Below the pieces are notes generated by a model. That model ran no database searches. It was not told the DNA's origin and was given only the letters and a program-made list of their open reading frames with translations. Of a DNA stretch of 64,000 nt, positions 49,052 to 59,216 are shown in pieces (positions within the stretch are counted from its first letter, which is position 1; the number at the start of each line of letters is the position of its first letter). The stretch spans positions 974,429 to 1,038,428 of the forward strand of contig CAWBUW010000007.1 of the NCBI GenBank assembly GCA_963792075.1, in the 5' to 3' direction. The DNA is from an uncultured Chloroflexia bacterium (GTDB lineage Bacteria; Chloroflexota; Anaerolineae; Anaerolineales; UBA4823). The translations under genes and the position numbers were made by a program.

Positions 49052-51268
49052 ATGGCGAACAATACCGGCCACCACCTGTTCTACGCCCTGAACCGGGATA
49101 ACACCGTCGTGATGCGGCTGGAGCTGCGCTACTACAACTCCGCTTACCAGGTGCGGGCCGAGGCGGTCAACGACGCCGGCTGGTATGTGTCGCTCTCCTG
49201 GACAACGCTCACCGACGCCCCGCACTACATCGAGATCGAATGGAAGGCCGCCGCGGCGGCCGGGGCCAACAATGGTGTGATCACCCTTTGGGTAGATGGG
49301 ACACAGACCGGCAGCATTGCCAATATCGATAACGACACCCGCCGGGTGGACTATGCCCAGCTTGGCGCAGTAGCCGGGGTGGATACCGGCACACGCGGCG
49401 CGTACTACCTGGATGCGTTCGAATCCCGCCGCCAGACCTACATCGGCCTGGCGAGCGAGGCGTCGCGTACCCTGGGCGCTGTGCTCAATCTCAGGCAGCA
49501 CACGGGTTCCACAAGGGTCAAAGCGCAGGCGCTCGACACCGCCAGCTTTGTCCGCGTCGAAGGGGTGACCTTCTCCACGGGCGCTGCCATCACCGCCACG
49601 CAGGTGGTCCAGGCCACCTTGCCTGCCGCGGCGCACGTCAGGGCTATGCTGGCGCCGGCGAGCGAGGCGCAGCCGCTGCCTGGCGTAAGCAAAGCGCCAG
49701 CCTCCAGCAGCGCCTCACAAACCATCACCTATACCTACGATCCGCTCTACCGCCTGAAGCGCACCGATTACAGCGACGGGACGTACTTCAGCTACACCTA
49801 CGATTCTGTAGGCAACCGCCTGACCGAGCAGACCACCGGCGGGACGAGCAGCGCCTACGTTTACGATGCCGCCAACCGGATGCTCAGCGCCGGAGGCATC
49901 GTCTATACCTGGGACGACAACGGCAATCTGCTCTCGGATGGGGGGCGCACCTATACCTATAACCACGCCAACCGGCTGGTGGGGGTCAATTCTCCTACAC
50001 TGGTTTCCAGTATGGCGTATAATGGTCAAGGAGACCGTCTGCAGCAGACGGTGAACGGCGTGACCACGACCTACACGCTGGACCTGGCAGGAGGCCTGAC
50101 GCAGGTGCTCTCGGACGGGACACACACTTACCTGTACGGCAGCGGGCGTATCGCCCAATACGCCGGAACGACCCCGGAGTATTTCCTGCCGGACGCGCTG
50201 GGTTCCGTGCGGCAGTTGGCGGATGCCAGCGGCAGCGTGACGTTGGCGGAGAGTTACCAGCCGTATGGCGAAACCTTGAGCCACGGCGGCGCAGGGCAAA
50301 GCCCGTATGGATATGCTGGGGAATGGGAGGACAGTTACATTAAGTTGCAGTATCTACGTTCCCGGTGGTATTCGATGGAAATTGGAAGATTCCTGACCAA
50401 AGACTCCTGGCAAGGGGATTATAACAGACCAATGTCGCTTAATGCCTGGCTATACGTAGGGGCGGATCCGGTCAACCACACGGATCCGAGTGGAATGTGC
50501 CCGCCGGGTTATATAGACGGAGACCTGGATGGAAGATGCGAAAAGACATGCGATCCTTGTGAGAGTTTTCCACCGCCGCCACAAGGATTACCTGAAAGCA
50601 ACCCCGTGGAAAAAGTATACAAAAGATTGGCGACAGAACCATGGAAATGCAAATCTCGTTATGGGGAAATAACTTCGCTGGCCCCGTGGTGGAAAACGGT
50701 AGAGGCCAGCGGCAAGGACCCTACTTATGTAAATACTACACTTGCAATCGCCACAATGATTTACCTGGAAGAAAATTTATTGTATGCATTGAACCCCAAT
50801 GCTATAGTCTATGAAACGGAAGCCCTTGCTCACAGGTTTTGGTATTTTTGTAATATGTATGGGAGCTGCTCCATTAGCAAGACCGGAGTTATTGGGGAAG
50901 GAGTAAAAAAATACTTGCATTGGAGTATCAGTTTTGAAAGCCTTGCAAGTAATATAGAACTATTCTCTGAGGGTTATGGCCCTCCGGCAAGTGCATATAG
51001 GGAAGCAAAGAAAATTACAGATGCGTATAGGAATAATCCAAGTTGGACGACTTGTAAAGATTATCACATGGGAGATTGTTGGGACAGACCATGGGGACCT
51101 TTTAGCGCAATACTGGATTATAAGTATTTCTATGATAGATATGATAGAGAAGGGGACACCACTGTCAACAAGGTTTTCTATATGTGGAGCAACCTTGTAA
51201 TATTGACTTTTGCACAAACCAATTATCACTGTGTACAACCCGGCGTTTACTGTGGGACTAAGAAATGA
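49052..51268 (+). CDS. Rhs/YD-repeat protein with LamG-like N-terminal remnant, Rhs core end and an unrecognised Cys-rich C-terminal tip; probably 5'-truncated
   Basis: YD repeats; core-end motif YLRSRWYSMEIGRFLTKD...NAWLYVGADPVNHTDPSGM; then about 240 AT-rich-encoded residues with 11 Cys. No signal or secretion domain. Too short for a full Rhs shell. Confidence 0.8.
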   Translation: MANNTGHHLFYALNRDNTVVMRLELRYYNSAYQVRAEAVNDAGWYVSLSWTTLTDAPHYIEIEWKAAAAAGANNGVITLWVDGTQTGSIANIDNDTRRVDYAQLGAVAGVDTGTRGAYYLDAFESRRQTYIGLASEASRTLGAVLNLRQHTGSTRVKAQALDTASFVRVEGVTFSTGAAITATQVVQATLPAAAHVRAMLAPASEAQPLPGVSKAPASSSASQTITYTYDPLYRLKRTDYSDGTYFSYTYDSVGNRLTEQTTGGTSSAYVYDAANRMLSAGGIVYTWDDNGNLLSDGGRTYTYNHANRLVGVNSPTLVSSMAYNGQGDRLQQTVNGVTTTYTLDLAGGLTQVLSDGTHTYLYGSGRIAQYAGTTPEYFLPDALGSVRQLADASGSVTLAESYQPYGETLSHGGAGQSPYGYAGEWEDSYIKLQYLRSRWYSMEIGRFLTKDSWQGDYNRPMSLNAWLYVGADPVNHTDPSGMCPPGYIDGDLDGRCEKTCDPCESFPPPPQGLPESNPVEKVYKRLATEPWKCKSRYGEITSLAPWWKTVEASGKDPTYVNTTLAIATMIYLEENLLYALNPNAIVYETEALAHRFWYFCNMYGSCSISKTGVIGEGVKKYLHWSISFESLASNIELFSEGYGPPASAYREAKKITDAYRNNPSWTTCKDYHMGDCWDRPWGPFSAILDYKYFYDRYDREGDTTVNKVFYMWSNLVILTFAQTNYHCVQPGVYCGTKK

Positions 51269-52589
51269 ACAAGCTGAAATTAATAGGCATAACACTTCTG
51301 GCCTTTTTCCTGACAAGCTGCAGCTCAGTCACCCCATTGGCGGTTCAACCGACTTCCTCTGGAGCTTCTCTAAGTACAGCGACCCTATTCTTCAATTCAG
51401 TAGCCACTGTTTACCCGCCGCTTTCTCCGCCCCCAGTTTTAACGAATACACCCTTGCTAACCGTTACCCCTACTTCCACATTTACTCCTTCGCCTACACC
51501 GGAGTCGTTGCCCATTCGCGTCGCTAAGCAGCAGTGTATTCCAATTCGACCTGAGCTTGCTCCAGGTTTTTTGTCGAGCGGTGTTTTGATTCTGGGAAAC
51601 TTCACTAATCATGTCTATGTTGGTGACCTGGTGGCGCTCACACCACAGGTTAGCCAGCCCAAATTCATCCCTGGCGCTGTGTCTTTTGGTTATGGCAAGG
51701 TCTCTCCAAATGGAAAGTTGCTTGCTTATGCAAATGATGGACAGTTGGTAATTATCTCTGCAGATGGCAAGATCCACGTATCTGAATCTTGGGATTCCCA
51801 ATGGAAAGGAGGCTTCCTTGAATGGCTCGGACAAGACCGTTTACAGTTTAATGACTGGGAGCCTTCTGACTCAACTGCTTCAAGGATTATTCTAAGTTCG
51901 AGAATAATTCTGAACCCTTTTACAAAGGAGATTCAACGGTTAAACCTCCTCAAGATATGTATTACGACCCAAATCCTATGATCGCGGAGCCATGGAAAGT
52001 AGTATATGATTCTACCTTGACCCGACTAGCTTACATGCGCGATGACGGCCCCACCTTTGTGCTTTGGGATTTGCAGAATAATCAGGCGATATGGACATTG
52101 AAAAAGTATTCGGTCAAATCGACCCCACCCATGTGGTCTCCAGATGAAATGCAGTTGGCTGTCGTAGCGATGAATCAGCCTGAGGACAATTGGGATCGAC
52201 TCGAGCTGTTTCTGGTCACCCGTGATGGGCAAGCGCAAAAGTGGGTAGACCTGCAAGGATATCACCCAACTACTGGTCAGGGTACTCTAAGATGGTCGCC
52301 GAATGGGCGCTATATTGCATTCTGGGAATGGAGTTACAAAGCCCCGATTCTAATCCTCGACACAATCAAGAAACAGTTGTTGGATTACTGTATCATTGGC
52401 GCTGCCGGATATGGGGATTTTGTTTGGTCGCCGGATAGCACTCAGGTGACTGTTACCAGATATGAGGCCCCCTCTATCGTTATTGATGTAGAGAAAGGTA
52501 TCGCATCACAGATCACGCAAGACTGGCATTTCAGGCCAGTAGGGTGGATGGTTAACTCATCTGAAATCATGGCCACGCCTACGCCATGA
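51265..52589 (+). pseudogene. P-family propeller lipoprotein (P6), -1 frameshift at the CC run 51945-51946
   Basis: The ATG overlaps the rhs TGA (ATGA). Lipobox FLTSC. Restoring CCC gives ...EIQRLNPPQDMYYDPNPMI.... Confidence 0.7.
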
Positions 52590-52682
52590 ATAGGTGCTTA
52601 TACGGGGGGCGGCATGTTCATGTTGATGGAGCAAATAGGGCCAACAATAACGTCTCATCCCCCTCGAAGGGAGTGTGAATAA

Positions 52683-54055
52683 ATGATACGCAAAGTATGG
52701 TTACTAACCACAGTATTGTTAGTAGGCGGATTTATTGCAGCTTGTTCATCGCCGCAACCTAATTCAGAATACCGAGAAACAGCTACCACTTCTGAGATAA
52801 TCTCGCCCACAAAAACACAATACTCTTTAGTGTTATCATCTACAGAACATCCTAATACTGTGACGCCTGCTGCTGCTGAGGGTTCCCCATCAGCTTCACA
52901 GACACCCAATCCTGTAACGCCTACCCCAGTGGCTGCCCGGCTTACTAACGTGGCCGATACTTCGGTCTGGTGGGAAAAGTTGCTGCCGGGCCAATACCTG
53001 CTTTATTGGGTTTTTGATGAGCCCAAGCAATACTCTCTTTATGCTACATCGTACGATGGAGCTCACGAAGTACGCTTGGGGGCAGGAGTCGCTGATTTAG
53101 GGGTAATTTCAGCCGACTTGACAATGCTGCTTTATATAACCCCGAATGCTTTTTCAGGGATACAGAGCTGATTATAAAAAACCTGAATGATGGCACGATC
53201 AAGAGAATCCCCGATACACAAGGTTGCCATGAACCAAGTTGGTCACCTGATAGCAAGAGCTTTGCTGCTCAGTGTCACGGTGAAATATGGGTTTTCTATC
53301 TCGAAACCAATGACCGGGTTTTAATCGCGGAAGGACCAACTTATTGGAGTTCGCCTGTCTGGTCACCGGATGGGAAATGGGTTGCATATTTTAACCGGCC
53401 TGATATCCATGTAAGACCTGATGATGGGTTATATGTTGCGGATGTATCCTGCATCTTCAGTGAAGTTACCTATCAGATTAATAAAGTAGGGCCTTTTATG
53501 GAAGCCTTGAATCCTCCCATTTCATGGTCTTCTAACAGTCAATACTTGGCCACAGTTACTGAAACTTCCATTTCCATTCTAGACTTCCAGAAAGGTAAGT
53601 TTCGCGAGCTTGTTGAAATTTATAACAGTATGTACCCGGAAGCTGTAACCTGGTCTCTGGATGGAAAATATATTGCTTACGACATTTTTGGGAGTGATGT
53701 TTATGTAGTGGATTCCTTGAGCGGTGCGCTAGTATTTCGTGTATATCCTCCTCCTCAGAGCTTTCAAATCATTACTTGGATTTCGATTCCACATCCATGT
53801 ACGCCGGGAAAGATCTACAACATTACCGAAAATGGAGCGGACCTTAACCTGCGTGATAGTCCTTCTCTGAATGGCACAGTTGTGAAGCAACTCAAACCCA
53901 ACGATATGGTTACAGTCCTGGATGGGTTAATCCGAGCCGATGGTTATACCTGGTGGAAATTGCAGACAGAAGGTGGCACAGAAGGTTGGGCGGTGAATAT
54001 CCCAGAGTGGTACGCGCCGTTGGTCCCGGCAATTACTGTTACGCCCACCTCATAA
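52683..54055 (+). pseudogene. PD40 propeller lipoprotein with C-terminal SH3 domain (P7), -1 frameshift at the GGG run 53157-53159
   Basis: Lipobox FIAAC. The second frame is open from about 53160 (TELIIKNLNDGTIKRIP...WSPDSKSF...WSPDGKWVAY...). SH3 tail: DGYTWWKLQTEGGTEGWAVNIPEWY. Confidence 0.7.
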
Positions 54056-54757
54056 AGATGTGGTCAAGGAGACTGGCTGCAGCAGACTGTGAACGGCGTG
54101 ACCACCGCTTACACGCTGGATATGGCAGGAGGCTTGACGCAGGTACTCTCGGACGGGACGCACACTTACCTGTATGGCAACAGGCGCATCGCGCGGCGTA
54201 TCGCGCAGTACAGCGGGACAGCGCCGGAATACTTCCTGCCGGATGCACTCGGCTCGGTGCGGCAGATCACGGACAGCAGCGGGGAGGTAACTCTGGCGCA
54301 AACTTACCAACCATTTGGTGAAATCTTGAGCCAGGGCGGCGCGGGGCAGAGCCCATATGGATATGCCGGGGAATGGGAAGATTCCGAATCAGGGCTGGTG
54401 TATCTCAGGGCTCGGCATTACAGCCCTTATCTTACCAGTTCATCCAGCCTGATCCTATTGTACCAAACCCTTACCAGCCCTGGGAGTGGAACCTTTACAC
54501 ATATTCACGAAACAATCCAATCAGGTTTACGGATCCAAGCGGAAAATATTCGACTGACCCAGGCGACCAAACCTCCATTACGCCGCTGGCCATATTCAAG
54601 CTCGGATATCCCTACACCGGCTCCTGGAAACCGGATGGTCCATAACCGATGGGAAGTCAAGCCGGATGGCAGCTTATCAGAAACTGCATTAAAACGTGCT
54701 GATTACATGAGTTCTCGCATGCCTGGCTGGATAACAGCAATCATCCTGGCAAGGTAA
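54056..54757 (+). pseudogene. orphan Rhs 3' cassette O2 (YD repeats, core end, short tip), frameshifted
   Basis: 54063 to about 54360 is homologous to 50024 to about 50330. LVYLRARHYSPYL is followed in the -1 frame by QFIQPDPIVPNPYQPWEWNLYTYSRNNPIRFTDPSG. It opens right after the stop of P7, in the same frame. Confidence 0.7.
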
Positions 54758-54769
54758 AGGAAGAGTTTA

Positions 54770-55577
54770 ATGAAATCTAGGTTTAGAAATCTGGTAATAG
54801 GTATCCTTATCCTGCTTATAGCGAGCTGCCGTTCACTGCCTCAACCTTCCGACACACTCGTAAAGCCATCGGTCACCCTGACGAGCACCACAATGAGAAA
54901 AACCGCGACACCTTCTCCTTCAATTCCGTTGACGCCAAGTCCCTCTGTCACATTGACTTCAAGCTCTACCCTCACCGCAAAGCCTACCATCACGCAAACA
55001 CCTGCACCAGAACCTACCTGGACACCCCTACCTACTCTTCCTGCAAGCGAAGCTCTAGCCATCGTCAAAGATTTACTAAAAAACAATGGCGGCTGCCGTT
55101 TACCATGCTGGTGGGGAATCGTGCCCGGCGAAACTACCTGGTTGGAAGCCCAGCATTGATATTGGACCAGACTCGACGGTTCAAAGTTTCCAATTGCACC
55201 AACTGCTCTCGGATTATGGGAAACCAGATAAAATTCTTATAAAAACCTATTCAAATACTCCCGCATCCTACTTACCATTTCGACTAGTCCTCTTTTATTC
55301 AAGCCAACAAATCATGGCATTCTTTGAATATGAAGCGCAAAAGAATAAGGATATCCTTGTTGGCTGTCCGCAACCTGTTGGTCCATGGCTCACATTATGG
55401 GGATGGGATAGATTGTGGTCAGATAAAGATATCGATGAAGCAGTTTCAGGTCCAGACAGCCCACAGCCATTACGGCCACTTGAAGAGGTTACGGATATGA
55501 GCGTCGATGATTTTTATCAAACATTCAAAGATTCACAAAACACAACATGTATAACAACGCCGGCTGACTTGTGGTGA
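54770..55577 (+). pseudogene. N-family lipoprotein (N3), internal deletion with a frame change near 55140-55160
   Basis: Lipobox LIASC and NNGGCRLPCWWGIVPGETTWLEAQ, then a stop. The +1 frame continues IDIGPDSTVQSF...KPDKILIKT.... About 45-60 residues present in N1 are missing. Confidence 0.65.
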
Positions 55578-55639
55578 CGCCAGTATGATCCCCCGAACAC
55601 TTGTTTTCGTCTTTTTGGACAACCCCTATAAGCGCTTTA

Positions 55640-57967
55640 TTACAATGCCCCAGGCAAGGTAAAGTAAAAGCGGCTGCCCTCGCCGGGCTGCCCGCTGCTT
55701 TCAACCCCCGTCGTCCCGCCCAATTTCTGTACAATACGCCGCACAATGGAGAGCCCCAACCCTGTCGAGCGCGCCGGCAAGGGCTGCCCGCCGACATTCT
55801 GTGTGACCCTGATCTCTCCGGTCTTCTTCTTGCCGGGCAGCCTTCCAAAAGGCTTGAAAAGCTGTTTCTGGACTTCCGGGGAGATACCTTCCCCGTTGTC
55901 CTGTACCCAAAAACGGACGAAAATCTGGTCGGGCATACGCTCTGCCCCCAAGATCACCTTGGGTGGGCGACCGCCATAGGTGATGGCGTTGCTCACGTAA
56001 TTTGCCCACACTTCTTCCACCCAGGCCGCATAGCCCAATGCCACGGGCCAGGTATCCACCGGCGTTGCGAACTCGATTTCTACCGCGAACTCTTTGCTCA
56101 GGTAATCCAGGCGTTCCAGGACCTCATTCAGGATCGCCGCGCTGTCCAGCTCCGCCAACAGCACTCGCTCCTGGCGCACGCTCGCCAACAGCAGCAGCTC
56201 GGAAATGATGCGGCTCATCTTATTCACCGTCTGCTGGGATTTTGAGACCAGGTCGAGAGCGGTCAGGTTGTTCTGCCTGGATGCCTCGATCTGCAGCAGC
56301 TTATTGCTCAAAGCCAGGTTGGTCAGCGGTGATTTCAAATCGTGAGCGACCATCGAGGCAAACGCATCCAGGTCGGCGATCAACTGTTCACGCTGCGCCA
56401 TTTCAACCCGCAGTTGTTCGTTGGCTACCTTTAATGCCTGTTCTGCCCGCGTCCGTTCCAAAATTTCCTGCTGCAAGAGCGTATTCTTTAGATCCGAGAG
56501 CTCCGCCTCGCGCCGGGCATTCTCCACCTGGTGTAGCGCTTGCAGGTTGCGCAGGCGGTCCATTGCCTGCTGGTTGAACACCGCCTCGCGGAATTTCATG
56601 TACTGTTCGTAATGGATCAGGGCGGGCTCAAAATGACCCGCATCTCGCTCGACCCTGGCCAGCCACTGGTGGCATTGGAATTGATCCGGCAGCGCCTTCG
56701 ATTTCACCGCCTGCTCCAGGGCACGGTTCAATACCTCCAGGGCTTGCGGGAATAACCCCAGGCAGTGATACGCCTGGCCCAGCTTGAACAGCGCGTCGTT
56801 GATCTCGAGGGTGAAATCCTCTTTTTGCGCCAGCTCCAGAGCGGCCAGGAAAGGCGGCAGGATATACTCTGCAGTCAGCTCCTTCTTGGAGGCTGTCACC
56901 ATCAGCAGCTCGCCCTGGCAAACCAGTGTGCGCGCTTCGCCGCGCTGATCCCCCAATTGGCGATACAGGCTGGCGCAGCGCTCCACCCATTCCCTGGCAG
57001 CCTGGCCTTCGACCTGCTGCTCTCGTCGCTGCCCTGGTTTGACTGACTGGATCTGCCCTCTTTTGGCTAACAGCGTGTCATCCCTGGCCTGGTCTTGAGG
57101 CGCCTCTCTCCGGCTGCTTGCGGTTGCCGGGTGCTCAGGCTTGGTCTCAGCCCGCAGGCTGCCAGAATTCACGAACAGCTTCACCAGGTTTTCCAGCGCC
57201 GAGGCTTCCACCGCCTCCGCCTCACACTGCCTGGCTATCGAAACGCTCTCCTCTAAGGCCTGGTATGCCTGCCGGACATTCCCCACGCGCAGGTGCATTT
57301 CCCCCACCAACACCAGGGCACGCGCCTCATCCTCGTACAATTGGCGCACGATGGGTGATTGGGAGACAGCCGCCAGCAGGCTCTCTTCCTGGCCCGCGTC
57401 TTCCCCGGTGCGCTTTCTTGGCCGTTTGGCCGGAGTGACGGCCAACGGCTGCAGCGGCAGTTGCGCCGCCAGTTCCTGCCGGTAGATTTGCAAACCCTTA
57501 AGGGCATATTCCAAAGCTGCCGGGTATTCACCTAAATAACTGTAGGTCCGGCAAATTAACATGTACAACCCGGCTGTGCGAGACCGCGTGACTGCTTGCA
57601 GCGGCTCCGACTCGGCCTCGACCTGGTCTTGCTCCTTCAATATGGATAATGCCCGGAACAGGAAGGACAGCGCCATATCAAAGTGTGCCATCTGGATATA
57701 GAACTCACCCAGGTTTTGCAGGCTTTCGATCAACAAACGGTGCAAAGCCGCGTGGACTTCAGGCTCCGTTGGCTGGCTCAGCGCACGCTGGGCTTCTTCG
57801 CTGGCAGATTCACTGAATGCAATGGCGCGCGCCAGTTGGCGCGGCTGTGCCTGGTTGTATGCCTGCGCCAGCCGGAGCATCAAACCGGCTCGCTCAATAG
57901 CATCACAAGCCAGAGCCAGTTTCTCTTCAAGAGCCTTGATATCCTCTATCCGCGCGTCAATCTGCAA
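55640..57967 (-). CDS. TPR-repeat sensor histidine kinase
   Basis: Long helical-repeat N-terminal region, HisKA (FASMVAHDLKSPL) and HATPase_c (QDNGEGI...GLGLSIVRRIV), with a ~20-aa insert before the G2 box. Confidence 0.8.
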   Translation of the reverse strand: MQIDARIEDIKALEEKLALACDAIERAGLMLRLAQAYNQAQPRQLARAIAFSESASEEAQRALSQPTEPEVHAALHRLLIESLQNLGEFYIQMAHFDMALSFLFRALSILKEQDQVEAESEPLQAVTRSRTAGLYMLICRTYSYLGEYPAALEYALKGLQIYRQELAAQLPLQPLAVTPAKRPRKRTGEDAGQEESLLAAVSQSPIVRQLYEDEARALVLVGEMHLRVGNVRQAYQALEESVSIARQCEAEAVEASALENLVKLFVNSGSLRAETKPEHPATASSRREAPQDQARDDTLLAKRGQIQSVKPGQRREQQVEGQAAREWVERCASLYRQLGDQRGEARTLVCQGELLMVTASKKELTAEYILPPFLAALELAQKEDFTLEINDALFKLGQAYHCLGLFPQALEVLNRALEQAVKSKALPDQFQCHQWLARVERDAGHFEPALIHYEQYMKFREAVFNQQAMDRLRNLQALHQVENARREAELSDLKNTLLQQEILERTRAEQALKVANEQLRVEMAQREQLIADLDAFASMVAHDLKSPLTNLALSNKLLQIEASRQNNLTALDLVSKSQQTVNKMSRIISELLLLASVRQERVLLAELDSAAILNEVLERLDYLSKEFAVEIEFATPVDTWPVALGYAAWVEEVWANYVSNAITYGGRPPKVILGAERMPDQIFVRFWVQDNGEGISPEVQKQLFKPFGRLPGKKKTGEIRVTQNVGGQPLPARSTGLGLSIVRRIVQKLGGTTGVESSGQPGEGSRFYFTLPGAL

Positions 57968-57972
57968 AGTTT

Positions 57973-59184
57973 CTACTCGTTCTTCTTTGGCGGAATCTTC
58001 CCCAAAAGGTCTTCGCGTTTATAAATCACCGTCGCCCCTGATTCCTCCTCGGCAGGCGGTTCCACAGTTTCCGCTCCCCTCGCCCCTTGGGAGAGGGTAG
58101 GGTGAGGGCTTTCCTCTTCCGTGGCAACCATCTCTGCCTCCGCCTCGATCACCGGGAGATTTTCTACTCCTGGTGCAGCTTCCCTGGCTGGCTCAGCCAG
58201 CGCCTCTTTCAATTCGGCGCGGTCCATCATCACGGTAGCCACGGCTGCCGCAGCAGCTTCGGGCGGCGTAAGCTTCGCCGCCTGGGCAGCGATGGCTCCC
58301 CGGTCGTAAACCGCAGTCGCGATGACTTCCGCTGCTGCCGCTGCCGGTTCCGGGGTTTCCGCTACCCTCGCCCTTTGGGAGAGGGTAGGGTGAGGGCTCT
58401 CCTCTTTTGGAGCCACCCGCGCTGCCGGCGCTACCACGCCCAGCCGCTCCCACACCCGCTGCCGCCCGATGCGGTATTCGCGCGCCGCCAGGGCTGACTG
58501 GACGATTGCGATATAAGCCGTTATTGCGCCGATCAAGAAAGGCGTCAAACACAGCAAGACGATCGTCACGCTGAGGAGGGTCAAGGCCAGGGACATCCCT
58601 AACGAGAGCGCCATCACGACCGCGTAACTGAGCAAGAAACCGCCCAGGTTAGCCCGCCAGATGGCCAGCCAATCCTTCACGTCAAACACTGCCCGGTAGG
58701 AGTGCTTGGCAATCACATGCATGATCGCGGCAGGCATCACCAACCCCAGTGCCAGAGCCGCCAGGATCACGAATATCGAAATGCAGCTTCCAAAGACCAC
58801 CGCCAGGATCGCAGCCAGTTCGCCTTTCTGAAGCGAATCGCTCATCGCCGTCATTGGCGCAATCACGATTGCATAGAGCACCAACGCTAACAGCACTAAC
58901 GGCAGGATCAAAGTAAGGATCGCCCCGCCAACTCTGAGCCCATCCTTGAACATTTCCACCGGCTCATCCCATTCGGGGAGGCGCGGCAGTCCGCCATCAC
59001 TGTCATCCAGGACGCTCTGCGCCAGGCGCGTGCAGTAACCTGCCAGCAGGACCAGCGGCAAGATGGGGATGAACAGCATCGTCAGCCCTACCAGGGCTGT
59101 AATCCCCAACTTGCGCTTCCAATCCACATCCCGGAAAGGGAAAACAATAAAAGCCTTCATATCGGAGAGTGTAGAGGAATTCAT
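57973..59184 (-). CDS. DUF4013-like polytopic membrane protein with a repeat-bearing C-terminal tail
   Basis: FPFRDVDWKRKLGI N-terminus and several TM helices. The C-terminal Ala/Glu/Pro tail carries two EESPHPTLSQ(R/G)AR units. Confidence 0.65.
   Translation of the reverse strand: MNSSTLSDMKAFIVFPFRDVDWKRKLGITALVGLTMLFIPILPLVLLAGYCTRLAQSVLDDSDGGLPRLPEWDEPVEMFKDGLRVGGAILTLILPLVLLALVLYAIVIAPMTAMSDSLQKGELAAILAVVFGSCISIFVILAALALGLVMPAAIMHVIAKHSYRAVFDVKDWLAIWRANLGGFLLSYAVVMALSLGMSLALTLLSVTIVLLCLTPFLIGAITAYIAIVQSALAAREYRIGRQRVWERLGVVAPAARVAPKEESPHPTLSQRARVAETPEPAAAAAEVIATAVYDRGAIAAQAAKLTPPEAAAAAVATVMMDRAELKEALAEPAREAAPGVENLPVIEAEAEMVATEEESPHPTLSQGARGAETVEPPAEEESGATVIYKREDLLGKIPPKKNE
58068..58120. 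repeat. about 50-nt repeat element inside the CDS, copy 1
   Basis: tttccgctcccctcgccccttgggagagggtagggtgagggctttcctcttcc. Confidence 0.7.
58356..58408. repeat. about 50-nt repeat element inside the CDS, copy 2
   Basis: tttccgctaccctcgccctttgggagagggtagggtgagggctctcctctttt. Confidence 0.7.
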
Positions 59185-59216
59185 AGCGCCGCCTTTCCTG
59201 ATTTATACTGAAAAAA

